64,000 nt of DNA from Chiloscyllium plagiosum (GCF_004010195.1 NC_057717.1:105003904-105067903); one strand, 5' to 3'; counted from the stretch's first letter, positions 38,160 through 52,271 are shown. Program-made: numbers and translations. Notes: generated from the sequence alone by a model not told the origin.

Positions 38160-40425
38160 TTAGAAGAGGGAGCTGGAGTGATTAACTTGAAATTGACATC
38201 CTTTCCAATATGAGGCCAAATGTTCCCAATAAAATGATATCAAGTGTGCCTTGTACCAGAAGTGCGCATGTGCATCATGGACACTATTTTGGAAACATTC
38301 CAGAGCACCAATAAGCAGGACACTAAGGCACAATATTTCAGCCCAACTTGACATGAAGCTTTGAACATTGCAGATGACGGGTAAAGTGCCAATCAAGCAA
38401 ACTGCTTTGTCCTCAATGATGTCAAGCTTTAAGTAAATCTTTAAATCTGCTGAATTTCTTCAGCAATTTCTGTTTTTGTTTCTTACAAATAACTAATTTA
38501 TTCAGCATTGGAGGTGTGACTCCAGGGTCTCTATCAGCATAATCATTTAGTGAATATACTTTCATAAATTCTCACCTTGTGCAGACAATTTTGAACATTG
38601 GAGTTGCACTCATCCAGTCAAGTGGAGAGTATTCCATCACATCCCTGACTTGTAAATGGTGGATAGGCACTAGGTAAGCATGTGGGGTACTCACTACCTA
38701 ATTCATAGCATCAATTGTTCTTATAGCATAGCATTTATGTGGCTGATCCAGTTCAGTTCTTGGTAATGGAAACCACTCAGATGTTAATAGTGACTCAGCA
38801 AAAGAAATGTCATTGAATGTCAAGGGGTGATAGTTAAGAGTTTCTCTTGTTGGAGATAGTCATTGCCTGGCCCTGTGTGGCACAAATATTACTTGCAACT
38901 TATCTGCCTAAGCCTGGATGCTCTCCAGATCTTGCTGCAAATGTACACATACCTCAGGTGACATGAAAGGTGTTGAAGATTGTAAAATCATCAGCCTTCT
39001 CACTTCTGATCTTATAATGGAGGGTAGGACATTGGTGAAGCAGCTGAATATGGTTGGGTCTAAGACACTGCCCTGAAAGAGCTGAAATATCATTTGTTAG
39101 TTATTGGTTATGGGTTTCCGTTGCTCTCTGTCTTGTAATCTGATTTTGCTATGGTGTAGCTTTATCAGGTTCATACCTCATTTGAGGTACTCCTAGTTCT
39201 GCTCCTGGCATGCCCTCCTGTACTTTTCAGTGAAGCAGGGTTATTCTCCTGGCTTGGTGGTGGTAGGAGAGGGGGGAATATGTTGGGCCATGAGGTTACT
39301 GATGGTAGGTGAATATGATTCTGCTGCTGATGCCTATTTTTGAGTTGCTAGATATGGTCAAAGTCTGTTCCATTTAGGTTATTGGTAGTGACACACAATA
39401 CAACGTTCAAGATGGAACCACATCTTCACAAGGACTGTACAGTAGTATTCCTACTGAAATTGCATCTGCAACAGGTAGATTGTTGAGGACACAATCAAGT
39501 AGATTTTCCCCTGTTATTGTTTCTTTCATTACTTAACACATACCCAAGCTATTTTTCGTCATCTTTTAGGGCAACTCCTTCCCTACTGTTTACAACTGCC
39601 TACCACCTCTAGTGGGTCTGTTCTGCCAGTGGGACAGGACATACACAGGAATGCTAATGTTGGCATCTAGGACATTGTATGATTCTGTGAGTATGACTAT
39701 GTCAGGTTGTTACTTAACCAGTCTGTGGAACAGCTCTCCCAATTTTAATATGTACTCCCAGTTGTTGATAAGAAGGACTTTGCTGTCTTTGGCATTGTCA
39801 TTTCTGGCCTAGGTCAACAGCAGGTGGTCCATCCAATTTCATTCCTTTTGTTATACTTTGTAGCAGTGTGAGACAGCAGAGTGGCATCTTAAGCCATAGC
39901 AGAGGACAGTTAAGAGTAAACCACATTGGTATCATTCTGAGGTCACATGTAGATCAGACTGGGTAAGGACGACTAAAGGCATTAGTGTGTTGGATGGGTT
40001 TTTAACAACAAATGACGGGTTACATTGTTGCAATTAGTCTAACTTTTAATTCCAGATCTTCGTTGACTTCAGATTTCACCACCTGGCATGGTGGAATCAG
40101 ACCATGAGACCATAAGAAAAAGAAACAGGAGCAGGTATTTAGACCCTGGGTCAATTCAATAGGATTGTGGCTGCTCCAGTATTCCTCACATGTATTTTCT
40201 TGGATTTTCCCCATAACCCTTGATATTTCAGCTGATCAAGAATTTATCTATCTCAGCCTTAAATATACCAAAGCAATCTGCCCCCATAGTTCTCTGGCAA
40301 GGAGTTCAAAAGACTCAACCCTCTGAAAGAAGAGACTTCTCCTCATTCAAACCCTATGTCCCCTAAACATTAGCTTGTGGTTCTGGATTAGTAGTCCAGT
40401 GGCATTATCGTGATGCCATCACCTC
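38160..40425 (-). mobile_element. Internally deleted CR1/L2-group LINE with tRNA-like 5' head (same family as 61590-64000)
   Basis: 'QGSVLDPTIFSCFTNVLPSIIRSEV'; APE region 39620-39780 matches 62020-62170; head at 40350-40425; CR1 fragment nested at ~40105-40345. Confidence 0.8.
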
Positions 40426-41147
40426 ACCTGTTCATAAATTGAGACTAAATGAGCTACAGAAATCATGTAATTTTGTCACCTGAACTTTGAAATGAACATC
40501 AACAGGAATATGAATGAATTTTTCCCAAAATTACTGCAGGAAGCCAGCAACTTATAGCATATACCTGCTCTGTGCTTTTTTTAAATCAGTAGCTGCTTGC
40601 AGCCAGAAAGATATTTAGGGACAAATAAAGGAAACAAACTCATTCAAAGGAACCTTAATAAAAATGTCTCGACTTAGAAGGCCTCTTCTGGTGAAGATGG
40701 ACCTCTTGACAAATATCTTCTACCACTCAGATCTTCACCTGAAAAACTACCATTATGTTCAATAGGATAATCAAGACCTAAGAAATAAGGCAGAACTTGG
40801 CAAAAAAGTCCCTCAAGCCTGCACCACCTTTCAATAATTTAGTAGCTGATCGATCTTGGTTTCAACTCAACTTTCTGATGTGTCCCTCATAAGCCTAGAT
40901 TCTGTGATTTGGACCCAATATACATAAGGTCCTCACCTTTTCCTAGCGTTTCCCATTCACATTCTCAAAAGATAAGACTAATGCAGCAGGAAGGTTCTGC
41001 AATCATGGGATGACTATCATCAGCCAAGTACACCCTATTTGCTGTCCACTGGCAGGTCACCACCACAACTTTCTCAAGCGCAACTCACAGATGGATTTAT
41101 AAAAGCTTCCACCAGGTGGAGTCATTATATTCAGGGCCATTATGTCA

Positions 41148-41266
41148 TGAAGATATTTCCTAAACAACCCATTATACACCACTGGAGCTAGTGGGACTTG
41201 AACCTGGATCAGGTGCAGGGACTCTATCACTGCACCACAAGAGCCCTGATCTTTATGTCATTAACC
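41148..41266 (-). mobile_element. Short tRNA-derived SINE
   Basis: Minus strand ggctcttgtggtgcagtgatag...ggttcaagtcccac (A/B boxes). Confidence 0.7.
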
Positions 41267-41325
41267 ATGATGATAATGTATTCATCTGTTTCAATAGATG
41301 CTAATACAGTAGCCACTAGACAGAA

Positions 41326-41441
41326 GAGCTCTTGCAGTGCAGCACTAATGTCCCTACCTCTATGCCAGGAGCCTGTGTTCAAGTCCCACCTGCTCCAGAC
41401 GTTTGTAACAACATCTCTGAATAGGTTGATTGGAACATATC
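41326..41441 (+). mobile_element. Short tRNA-derived SINE, same family
   Basis: gctcttgcagtgcagc...gttcaagtcccacctgctccag. Confidence 0.7.
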
Positions 41442-42579
41442 TAGTCATTGGACAGTATAATGGAGTTGGGATCCTGGCTAATATTCCTTTTATTAAACCC
41501 AGGGAGCACAAAACAATAGTTTTTCTTTCTAATTCAAGCTAAAAACAGCCAAATCAATAAACAGACCAGGAGACCATTTACGATCTCATGGTTCTTTATG
41601 GTTCCATACACTTCATTGATAGGGCTCTAACCTTCTAGTCCACACAATTTTGTCTCCTTCGACCCAAAGGCTCATTATCTTACACCACAGTGTAATTATG
41701 CACAGAACATTAGGCAAGGCTCCAAGAAATCTTACATTTTTTCTTCATTATATTTACGGCTTTTTAATCTCAGAATTTCAATTGCTTTTTGTCATAGATT
41801 TCTAGCCTGCTCCTGAGATTTGGTAGAATTAACTGAGAAGTTATGGGCTGTTCACCAAGGACTAAATATTTTAATAATCCATTTAGTTGTTTTAAATTTT
41901 GTCTGCGTGATCCAACAGTATTGTAAATATTATCAGAATATAATTCATTTTTATTGCTTCTGGCATTAAACTATACTTATTGATGCAAACTAGTCACAGG
42001 AGTAGAGATTTAAATTAGACCCCACATCAATTTTTTGAAGTGTAGCTATTCCTGGGGGCGGAAGAGTGTCACAGCACTCCCACAGGCGACATGCTAGTGA
42101 TGTGGTGAAGCAGATCTGTGCTGATGATGTTAAACATCACAACAAATGCCTGAACTTGGCATTGTTGCATTTGTAGCAGATTTCTGTAGTTCAGTGGGAA
42201 ACGCACCACCAGCTGTGACACTAAGCAGAAATCAGGAAACCAGATCTTCAGCTTGTATTGATTTAGTAGATTTCAAACAGGCTGGTGCTGTATTAGGTAC
42301 CAGCAATTCTGTGCTGAAGTGAAAAGAGAGGAGATTACATTAGACAGTATCACTTCACCGCTAGCCACAAAATAAAATAATATAACTTATTTTTAAGGGA
42401 ATAATTTGTTAGACCAAATTGGTAAAAGTCTGATGTTAAATGATATGGAAATATTTCAGAAAATGGCACTGAGGTGATGATCAGCCAAGATCTAGAATGG
42501 TGGGGCAAGCTCAATAGCTGAATGGGCTCCTCCTATTCCTGTGCTCATGTCAGAATAATGTATAATTTGGGAAGAAATT

Positions 42580-44200
42580 TAGGAAGTGGAGTTCCCATGC
42601 ATTTGCTCCCCTTTCCTCCTGGGTGATAGAACCCGCATTGTTGGAAAGGTTTCATCAAAGTAATTCTGACAAGTTGCTCCAGTGTATCATCTAGATGGAA
42701 CACAGCTGCGATTATACATCAGTGGTGAAGGGACTAATTGCTTAAGGTGGTAACAGATGCCATTTAAGTAGGTCTTTTTTTCTGGATGGGGTTGACCTTC
42801 TTTCTTGTTGTTAGAGCTGCGGTTGTCCAGGCCAATGGGGAGTACTGCATCACACTCTTGACTTCTGCCTTGCAGATGATAGAAACTTGAGAATCAGGAG
42901 GAGAATTACCTTCTACATAATTCCCAGCCTTTCTTACCACAGTATTTATATAGCTGTTCCAGTTTAGTTTCTCTTCAATTGTGACACCGAATGTTTTCAG
43001 TAATGGTAATGTCATTGAACATTAAGGGCAGATAGTTAGTTTTCTTTTCTTTGTATTACTGCCTGGTTCTTGAATGACATGAATGTTTATTTTTCATCCA
43101 TTCACAGAATGTGGGCTGCACTGACTGGACCAGTATTTATTGCCCATCCCTAATTGCCCTTGAAAAGGTGGTGGGGAACTACCTTCTTGCACTGCAGCTA
43201 TCTATTTGGTGTGAGTACACCCACAATGCTGTTAGAGTTGGAGTTTCAGGACTTTGGCACAGCAGCACTGAAGGAATTGCAGTATATTTCCAAGTCAGGA
43301 TGGTGAGTGGCTTGAAGACAAAAGTGCAGGTGGTGGTGTTCCATGTATCTGTTGCCCTTGTACTTCTAGATGTTAATGGTCATGGATTTGCAAGATTATT
43401 TACCACTTATCAGCCCAAATATTAAACTTCTCTAGGTTCTTCTGAAAATGGACATAGACTATTACTTCAGTATGTGATGAGTTGCAACTGGTACTGCACA
43501 CTATGCAATCTTGAATGAACAGCCCCACTTCTGAACTTTGATGGAGGAAAAGTCAATCATGAAATATCCAAATATGATCAGGCTGAGAACACAACTTTGA
43601 GGAACTCCTGGAGTGATACCCTGAGACTGAGATGACTGACCTCAAGCAATGCTATCATCTTCTTTTGAGGTATGTGATTGGTGCCACACCTGAAAGTTTA
43701 GCCTGATTCTTAATGAGTTCAATTTTGCTAAGACTTTTTGATGCTGCTCCTGAACAAATGTCAAGTGGCCATAGCTGAAACCAAACCAAGCATGGATAAG
43801 CAGCTTACTGTTGAGGTGCTGCTTGACAGTACTGTCAACAACAATATCTAGCACTTTGTTGATGTTTGAGAGTGAACAGATGTGATAGATTAGATTTGTT
43901 CTAATTTTAGTAAATAGGATATACCTGAGCATTTTTCGATGGATGCTAGCATTGAAGTTATACTAGAATAGCTTGGTTTTGGACTTGGTTAGTTCTGAAG
44001 CTAAATATTATAGCCCAGAATATTGTCAGAGCCCACAGCTTTTGCTGTAGCTAGTGCCTTCAGCCCTTTCTTGACATGATATTAAGCGAATTGAAATGAC
44101 ATCTATAATGTTGAGAAACTCATGAAGAGGCTGAGTTGAATTATCCATTCAACACTTTTGACTGAAGACAGTAACAATATCTTCAGGATTCTCTTTTTAC
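42580..44200 (-). mobile_element. Nested CR1/L2-group LINE fragments (second 3' end inserted at ~43085-43390)
   Basis: 'GVTIEEKLNWNSYINTV', 'VKSVMQYSPLAW'; 3' tail at 43085-43165. Confidence 0.75.
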
Positions 44201-44471
44201 GACTTTTTCAATAGAAAAGATAGCAGAGTAGAGTTGCGATCCTTCCAAGAATTGAACATCAATCTTCAGGAAAGAATTGATACAAGTAATTCAGAAGAAT
44301 CATCAAAACAGTTAAAAATATATTTTAAAAATAATTTTCTTTGAATGCTCAGGTATAAAAGTATTGCAATGGGACAAAATATTGTCAACAGAAAATGAAG
44401 AATCACTCAATTAAATAATAAAGAGTCTGTTCACCTTCCTTTTGACCATGGGAAGATGGTCCTCAGTATTC

Positions 44472-44788
44472 AGATTTAGATTTAGATTACTTACAGTGTG
44501 GAAACAGGCCCTCCGGCCCAACAAGTCCACACCGCCCCGCCGAAGCGCAGCCCACCCATACCCCTACATTTACCCCTTACCTAACACTACGGGCAAGTTA
44601 GCATGGCCAATTCACCTGACCTGCACATCTTTGGACTGTGGGAGGAAACCGGAGCACCCGGAGGAAACCCACGCAGACACGGGGAGAACGTGCAAACTCC
44701 ACACAGTCAGTCGCCTGAGGCGGGAATTGAACCCGGGTCTCTGGCGCTGTGAGGCAGCAGTGCTAACCACTGTGCCACCGTGCCGCCC
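44472..44788 (-). mobile_element. Young HE1-type SINE
   Basis: Intact CpG-rich copy; minus head gggcggcacggtggcacagtgg...gggttcaattccc. Confidence 0.95.
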
Positions 44789-44829
44789 AGTCTTTGTCTT
44801 CAACATTGACAACACAAAAAATGTTCCAA

Positions 44830-45280
44830 TAAATTAGGAGGTTGAAGGAAGACACAAACTTATAATCACTAGGGAAGAGCTACTGAGTAAAGTGATGAAG
44901 GTGCAAGTTGGAAAGTCTCTGAATCCTTTTGGACTTCATCCAGGTGGCTGATGAGGTACCAAATGCAGTGGTGTTAATTTTCCAAAATTCATTATATTTT
45001 GGAAAGGTTCCTTTAGACTGAAAATTAGCAATTATAATCACTCTATTCAAGTAGGGAGGAGGCAGAAAATATGAAACTGTCAGCCAGTTACCTTGACATC
45101 TATCACAGGAAGGGTATCAGAATTGATCTTTAAGGGGGTTATAACTGGGCATTTGCAAAATCTACAGGTAATTTGGAAGAGTCAGCTTGGTTTTGTGAAG
45201 TGAAAAATCATGTTTAATGATTTAGTGGAATTCTTAAAGAGTCTGTGCTGGGTCCTCAAAGTTTTACAATTCATATCAAG
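44830..45280 (+). mobile_element. Old CR1 RT fragment
   Basis: cagccagttaccttgacatc, cagcttggttttgtgaa, gtgctgggtcctcaa. Confidence 0.6.
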
Positions 45281-45634
45281 GCATGGTTATTTGTAGCCTC
45301 CTCTACTTTTGAAGATATTCATTCATGTTGCCACACAATTCCACAAGTATCCAGATACTTTTGTTATCTCATCCAAATGAGCATTATTTTTTGTATAAGA
45401 AATTAGACAGAGATTATGAACTGACTACCTAGTTCCAAGAGTAAGGGGAATCCAAATTCTATACATGCACAGTTTCCAACAAACTGGATGGGAGAGAAAG
45501 TAATTAAAATGTATAAATCAGGTGTACAGGTAAAACATGGTTCATCTAGCACCTTCGGGCAACATGAAACAGTCCATATTGTTTCCCTCTGAGCAGGTAA
45601 TGCTGTAGCCACTCCAATGCAACCTATTTGGGAT

Positions 45635-46055
45635 TATAGAGTCATACAGCATGGAAACAGATCTTTTGGTCCAACTCTTCCATGCCAACCAAATTTCCTA
45701 AATTGAATTAGTTCCATTTGTCTATGTTTGGTCCATACCCTTTTAAACCTTTCCTATTCATGTTCCTGTCTAAATGTCTTTTAAATGTTGTAATTGTACC
45801 TGCATCTACCACTTCCTTTGGCAATACATTCCATATATATCTATAATGTATATCACCCTCTGTGTAAAAATGTTGCCCCTCAGGTCACTTTTAAATCTTT
45901 CCCCTCTCATCTTAAACCTAAGCCCTCATTTTTTAACTCCCCTACCCGAGGGAAATGACCTTTGATATTCACCTTATTTATGTCCCTTGTGATTTTATAA
46001 ATCCATAAGGTCATCACTCAGCCTCATAAGCTTCAGGGAAAAATGCCCTAGCTCC
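45635..46055 (-). mobile_element. HER1-like CR1 3' fragment
   Basis: Reverse complement of 49204-49450. Confidence 0.85.
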
Positions 46056-46214
46056 TTGATCACTTTGATCTCTAATAAAATAATTCAGAAATTGTTATTT
46101 ATTGCTGAAAATGAATTGACACAGTGACAAACTGGTTAAGATCAGGCTTCGTTAATAAAAACGGCAGGCTGACTAATTAACATGACTTCCGCTGCAATTT
46201 GAACAAAGGCATTG

Positions 46215-46503
46215 ATTAGACTAGATTACCTACAGTGTGGAAACAGGCCCTTCGGCCCAACAATTCCACACCAACCCTCCGAAGAGAAACCCATCCGCCC
46301 CATATTTACCCCTGACTAATCCACCTAACACTACCTAGCATGGCCAATTCACCTAACCTGCACATCTTTGGACTGTGGGAGGAAACCCACGCAGACACGG
46401 GGAGAATGTGCAAACTCCACACAGACAATTGTCCAAGGCAGGAATTGAACCTGGGTCCCTGGTGCTGTGAGGCTGCAGTGCTAACCATTGAGCCACCGTG
46501 CCA
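46215..46503 (-). mobile_element. HE1-type SINE
   Basis: Matches 44472-44788. Confidence 0.92.
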
Positions 46504-47661
46504 GTAATCGAGTTAAATAAGTGTAGTCTCGCTATCAACAAGTGGAAATTCTATGAATGACCAATATTGTACAGTACTGTTTCTGAGCCTTAATGCTTCT
46601 ATTTAATAGATAGTTCAACCACATTAATGTGACTGACAATATAATTCACAAAATAAGTTTATGAAAAGTGAGATTTGTTTTCCTCTAGCACTCCTCAGGA
46701 TAAATGTACAAATGTAAAATTTCAAATGATCACAACAATTTATTCAGAAGGAGAAAATAGTGCTGAATGGTTGGCAAGTTTGCTGTGATCAGACACTACA
46801 CTGCCCTGGATCTCTTTAATAATTATAGGCTGAACTTTTCTTTAATTTACGAAGAACAGGTCCTTGTATATGAATACATATTGCTTCTACAACTCTCACT
46901 GAGCTATGTTGCAAGCTTGACTGATATCTGAAATTGTTTTTAGAAAGCTAGTATTACACTTGCATTTAAACTACTCTTCATAATTTGGATTCAAGGTACA
47001 AACAAAATAGCAATACCTTCTCCCCAGCTCAAGGTTTCCACATTTCACACCCTCCACAACTCAAAGATCAAGCAACCCAACAATTTATTGGTTACTAAAA
47101 ATATTTATAAAGTGTCTGCTGGGAATTTTATGCCATTGACCTGGGTTGACTCTGCCTTCAAATGGAAAAGCACTTGGCATTCAGTTAGCACTTTACCAGA
47201 TCAGCAGATGTGAGATGAAACTGATGATATGTTTATTTGGGTGAACAGTTAATCCTAACCCTGTATGTGAGCTTAAAATATTTTTGCTTCAAGCTACTTT
47301 TAATCTGTTAACATTAACAACTGTGATAAAAATTGATAACCCAAGAGGAAGAAATTCCAGGCTGCATAGCACAAACATATCACAGCAAGAGATACAGACC
47401 TCAACTTAAGCAGAAATGTTTCAGAGAAGATTTGATGGAGGTATTCCAAATCATAAATAATTTCAAGTGTGCTGGGCAAGTTGGTAATTAGAGGTCCCCA
47501 ATTATGGAGATTGGCAAAAGAACCAGAAGCCACATTAAGAATTTATTTTTAACCACAATGAATTGTTGTCATCTAGAACGCACTGTACGAAAGAATGGTG
47601 TAGAAGCAGATCCAATGTAATTTGAAAGATAGTTAGATAAAATACTTAAATGGAAAATCAG

Positions 47662-47975
47662 TTTAGATTAGATTACTTACAGTGTGGAAACAGGCCCTTC
47701 AGCCCAACAAGTCCACACCGACCCTCCAAACGCAACCCACCCATTACCCTACATTTACCCCTTTACTTAACACTACGGGCAATTTAACATGGCCAATTCA
47801 CCTGACCTGCACATCTTTGGAGTGTGGGGGGAAACTGGAGCACCCAAAGGAAACCCACGCAGACACGGGGAGAATGTGCAAACTCCACGCAGTCAGTTGC
47901 CTGAGTCGGGAATTGAACCCGGGTCTCTGGCGCTGTGAGGCAGCAGTGCTATCCACTGTGCCACCGTGCCGCCCG
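47662..47975 (-). mobile_element. HE1-type SINE
   Basis: Matches 44472-44788. Confidence 0.93.
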
Positions 47976-48034
47976 TAGTTCTATCATTATGTAGAAAGAC
48001 AGGACAGAGGAATGGGATTAATTGCCCAAATGTT

Positions 48035-48230
48035 TTTCTCTTTCTTTGGGCTCTATCCCCACCTATCGTTTACTCCTCCAGTTTACTCCACTGCATCTTC
48101 TGTACAAAAACCATCCTTTTCCTAGTTACCATCAGTTCTCAACAAGGGTCACTAGACCCAAAACATAAACTATGATTTCTTTCCACAAATGTTGTCAGAC
48201 CTGCTGAGAATTTCCAGCAATTTCTCCTTT
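48035..48230 (+). mobile_element. Penelope pLTR remnant with decayed hammerhead
   Basis: ttctcaacaagggtcactagacccaaaacat...gacctgctgagaatttccagcaatttc. Confidence 0.6.
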
Positions 48231-48249
48231 TGTCGAACATTTCTTTAAT

Positions 48250-49457
48250 CATGCTTTTGGGCAAGTTGTTGGAGGGAATCCTGAGGGACAGGATGTACAT
48301 GTATTTAGAAAAGCAAGGACTGATTAGGGATAGTCAACATGGCTTTGTGCATGGAAAATCATGTCTTACAAACTTGATTGAGTTTTTTGAAGAAGTAACA
48401 AAGAGGATTGATGAGGGCAGAGCAGTAGATGTGATCTATATGGACTTCAGTAAGGCGTTCGACAAGGTTCCCCATGGGAGACTGATTAGCAAGGTTAGAT
48501 CTCATGGAATACAGGGAGAACTAGCTATTTGGATACAGAACTGGCTCAAAGGTAGAAGACAGAGGGTGGTGGTGGAGGGCTGTTTTTCAGACTGGAAGCN
48601 NNNNNNNNNNNNNNNNNNNNNNNNNNNNNNNNNNNNNNNNNNNNNNNNNNNNNNNNNNNNNNNNNNNNNNNNNNNNNNNNNNNNNNNNNNNNNNNNNNNN
48701 NNNNNNNNNNNNNNNNNNNNNNNNNNNNNNNNNNNNNNNNNNNNNNNNNNNNNNNNNNNNNNNNNNNNNNNNNNNNNNNNNNNNNNNNNNNNNNNNNNNN
48801 NNNNNNNNNNNNNNNNNNNNNNNNNNNNNNNNNNNNNNNNNNNNNNNNNNNNNNNNNNNNNNNNNNNNNNNNNNNNNNNNNNNNNNNNNNNNNNNNNNNN
48901 NNNNNNNNNNNNNNNNNNNNNNNNNNNNNNNNNNNNNNNNNNNNNNNNNNNNNNNNNNNNNNNNNNNNNNNNNNNNNNNNNNNNNNNNNNNNNNNNNNNN
49001 NNNNNNNNNNNNNNNNNNNNNNNNNNNNNNNNNNNNNNNNNNNNNNNNNNNNNNNNNNNNNNNNNNNNNNNNNNNNNNNNNNNNNNNNNNNNNNNNNNNN
49101 NNNNNNNNNNNNNNNNNNNNNNNNNNNNNNNNNNNNNNNNNNNNNNNNNNNNNNNNNNNNNNNNNNNNNNNNNNNNNNNNNNNNNNNNNNNNNNNNNNNN
49201 NNNGAGACCTAAGGGGCAACTTTTTCATGCAGAGGGTGGTACGTGTATGGAATGAGCTGCCAGAGGAAGTGGTGGAGGCTGGTACAATTGCAACATTTAA
49301 GAGGCATTTGGATGGGTATATGAATAGGAAGGGTTTGGAGGGATATGGGCCGGGTGCTGGCAGGTGGGACTAGATTGGGTTGTGATATTTGGTCAGCATG
49401 GACGGGTTGGATCGAAGGGTCTGTTTCCATGCTGTACATCTCTCTGACTATGACTCT
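48250..49457 (+). mobile_element. Young HER1-like CR1 LINE (RT to 3' end) spanning a gap
   Basis: Open 'DSQHGFVHGKSCLTNLIEFFEEVT...YMDFSKAFDKVPHGRL'; (tgactct)n-like tail. Confidence 0.93.
48600..49203. other. Assembly gap (604 N)
   Basis: N run. Confidence 1.
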
Positions 49458-50211
49458 ATCTGCCTATGAAGCATGAGGATGTTTTACTGTTAAAAGGATA
49501 AATATATGCAAGCTGTTGTTGTTTCAGCTGGATAAAGAACATGTTGTTTTTGTCCATACCAAACATGGGAGTCATGCACTTCTGGATAAAAATATTTGCA
49601 TACTTCTGTTCACCATACTAGGACAGTTTAACAATCATAAAACAATATTGTAGAGATCAATTTCTAGGTTCATGTCATAAGCAATGAGGGCTCAGGTAAA
49701 ATCAATCCTACACAGTCTGCACAATTCAATCCAGAGAACATTGCAGAACACTACAGCAGCAATATCCACAGTGACCACTAGGATAGCTGGTATAGAAAAC
49801 ACCAAGGGACTCTGATGCTATGAAGGTACTTTTGAAGTTTGGGTTATTGCATTATTGTAGCAGGATTCTGTCAGTGTTGTTACCTATCTGAGAATATGTG
49901 ATGTGGACTCTGGCTGCAGACAATGTTTCAATTTCTAGTACTGACCTTGATGAATACAATGATTCATCAATTGGGAAAATCTGAAGCAACTGAATGTATG
50001 TTAGTCAACTAGGTCAGTTATTCACAGAGGAAAACAGCACACTTGGATTTTAAGAACAGTAGTGTTGAAACTAAAGATTCATGAAACTCACCTAGCTGAT
50101 TCAGTACATGTAAGCACTGCAGACTTCACCATCATTTTCTATCCTTCTCAAGTGGCTGGCTCTACACCAGCAATCAATCCTGATGTATCTCATCCAACTA
50201 CACTTCATGCA

Positions 50212-50357
50212 AAACTAAAGCAAAATACTGCAGGTGCAGGAAATTTGAAACAAACACAGTTCTTAAGAGTCATACTGTACTCAAAACATTAACTCTGTTT
50301 CTCTCTCCACAGATGCCGCCATATCTACTGAGCTTCTCCAGCATTCTCTGTGTTTGT
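50212..50357. mobile_element. Old Penelope insertion with inverted tail
   Basis: Degraded TSD tacacttcatgca / tatacttcatgta; aacaaacacag / ctgtgtttgtt inverted. Confidence 0.65.
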
Positions 50358-51162
50358 TATACTTCATGTAGCAGACCAAATAATAAGTAACAAAACACAA
50401 TTTCACATGGGAAGGTCACATTAAAATGAGCCTTTCCTCACACAATTTTTTTCCAGCCACTCAATGGGTAATAAGTGTGATTCCACTTGTTATGTCAGAG
50501 GCTTTAAGGTAGATTTTAGTGATTCTGCTATTCCTATTCTTTTTCTCAACCCAACTTGACTTCCAGTAAAATACACCTCCATAATAGGCGATGATTTCAA
50601 AATATCTTTCTTTCTGAATCTCATCAGAAACTTTCCCAGCCACATAAACTGTATCATAAGGTCTATTACCTGACTCAATATTACCTGACTATTACCTGAC
50701 TTAATTAGCCATTAAAGCTGTCATTTTAATTTTACGCAGATCACTCAATTCTACATTGCAAGTGCATTTATTCACTCAACTATTATAAGAGTTACATACA
50801 ACAGGATAATAGGCTAGTGAAGTTGGCCAGGCTAGCAGAAGTGGAAAAAGTGTTTCAGAGTGTGACAGACAGTAAAACTGCAAAGTGGAACAGGTGAGGG
50901 AGGACAGAACTGGCATTTGTTCAAAGTGTATCAACATCCCTCTGTTGGAACGTGACGGCCCAACTCTCCTTACACACAACAGACAATGCACTCTTGTTGC
51001 ACCATGGAACAAAACTTATCACTTGTATACTACTCAGTAGATATTTCATCCCAAATAAAATCAGTGATGACTAAATAGCCCATAAAATTAGAATACCCTA
51101 TGAGCTGGAACATTAACTTAAATTCAAAGGGACATGCCTTAGAACATAGAACAATACAATTT

Positions 51163-51440
51163 GTGGGCAGCACAGTGGCTAGCACTGCTGCCTCACAGTG
51201 CCAGGGATCCATGTTCGATACCCGCCTCAGGTGACTGTCTGTGTGGAGTTTGCACATTCTCCCTGTGTCTGCGTGGGTTTCCTCCAGATGCTCCGATTTC
51301 CTCCCTCAATCCAAAGATGTGCAGGTTGGTGGATTGGCCATGGGAAATTGACCATAGTGTTAGGTGCACTCGTATAGGGTAGGGGAATGGGCCTGGATGG
51401 GTTACTCTTCAGAGGGTCGGTGTGGACTTGTTGGGCCCAA
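51163..51440 (+). mobile_element. HE1-type SINE truncated at 3' by Penelope
   Basis: gggcagcacagtggct...gttcgatacccgcctcagg; V domain. Confidence 0.9.
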
Positions 51441-52270
51441 TACCGTACAACCCAGATGGCCTCCTTCTTCAAAGACCGCAATTTCCCCCCAGACGTGGTC
51501 GACGATGCCCTCCACCGCATCTCCTCCACTTCCCGCTCCTCCGTCCTTGAGCCCCGCCCCTCCAACCGCCACCAGAACAGAACCCCACTGGTCCTCACCT
51601 ACCACCCCACCAACCTCCATATACAGCGTATCATCCNNNNNNNNNNNNNNNNNNNNNNNNNNNNNNNNNNNNNNNNNNNNNNNNNNNNNNNNNNNNNNNN
51701 NNNNNNNNNNNNNNNNNNNNNNNNNNNNNNNNNNNNNNNNNNNNNNNNNNNNNNNNNNNNNNNNNNNNNNNNNNNNNNNNNNNNNNNNNNNNNNNNNNNN
51801 NNNNNNNNNNNNNNNNNNNNNNNNNNNNNNNNNNNNNNNNNNNNNNNNNNNNNNNNNNNNNNNNNNNNNNNNNNNNNNNNNNNNNNNNNNNNNNNNNNNN
51901 NNNNNNNNNNNNNNNNNNNNNNNNNNNNNNNNNNNNNNNNNNNNNNNNNNNNNNNNNNNNNNNNNNNNNNNNNNNNNNNNNNNNNNNNNNNNNNNNNNNN
52001 NNNNNNNNNNNNNNNNNNNNNNNNNNNNNNNNNNTTCTTCCTGACCTCTCTGCCCCCACCCCACTCCAGCCTATCACCCTCACCTTGACCTCCTTCCATC
52101 TATCGCATTTCCAACGCCCCTCCCCCAAGTCCCTCCTCCCTACCTTTTATCGTAGCCTGCTGGACACACTTTCCTCATTCCTGAAGAAGGGCTTATGCCC
52201 GAAACGTCGATTCTCCTGTTCCTTGGATGCTGCCTGACCTGCTGCGCTTTTCCAGCAACACATTTTCAGC
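51441..52270 (+). mobile_element. 5'-truncated Penelope element (ORF linker, gap, pLTR)
   Basis: 'MASFFKDRNFPPDVVDDAL...RTPLVLTYHPTNLHIQRII'; pLTR hammerhead CTGAAGA 52181-52187, GAAAC-GTC 52201-52208. Confidence 0.88.
51637..52034. other. Assembly gap (398 N)
   Basis: N run. Confidence 1.
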
Positions 52271-52271
52271 C

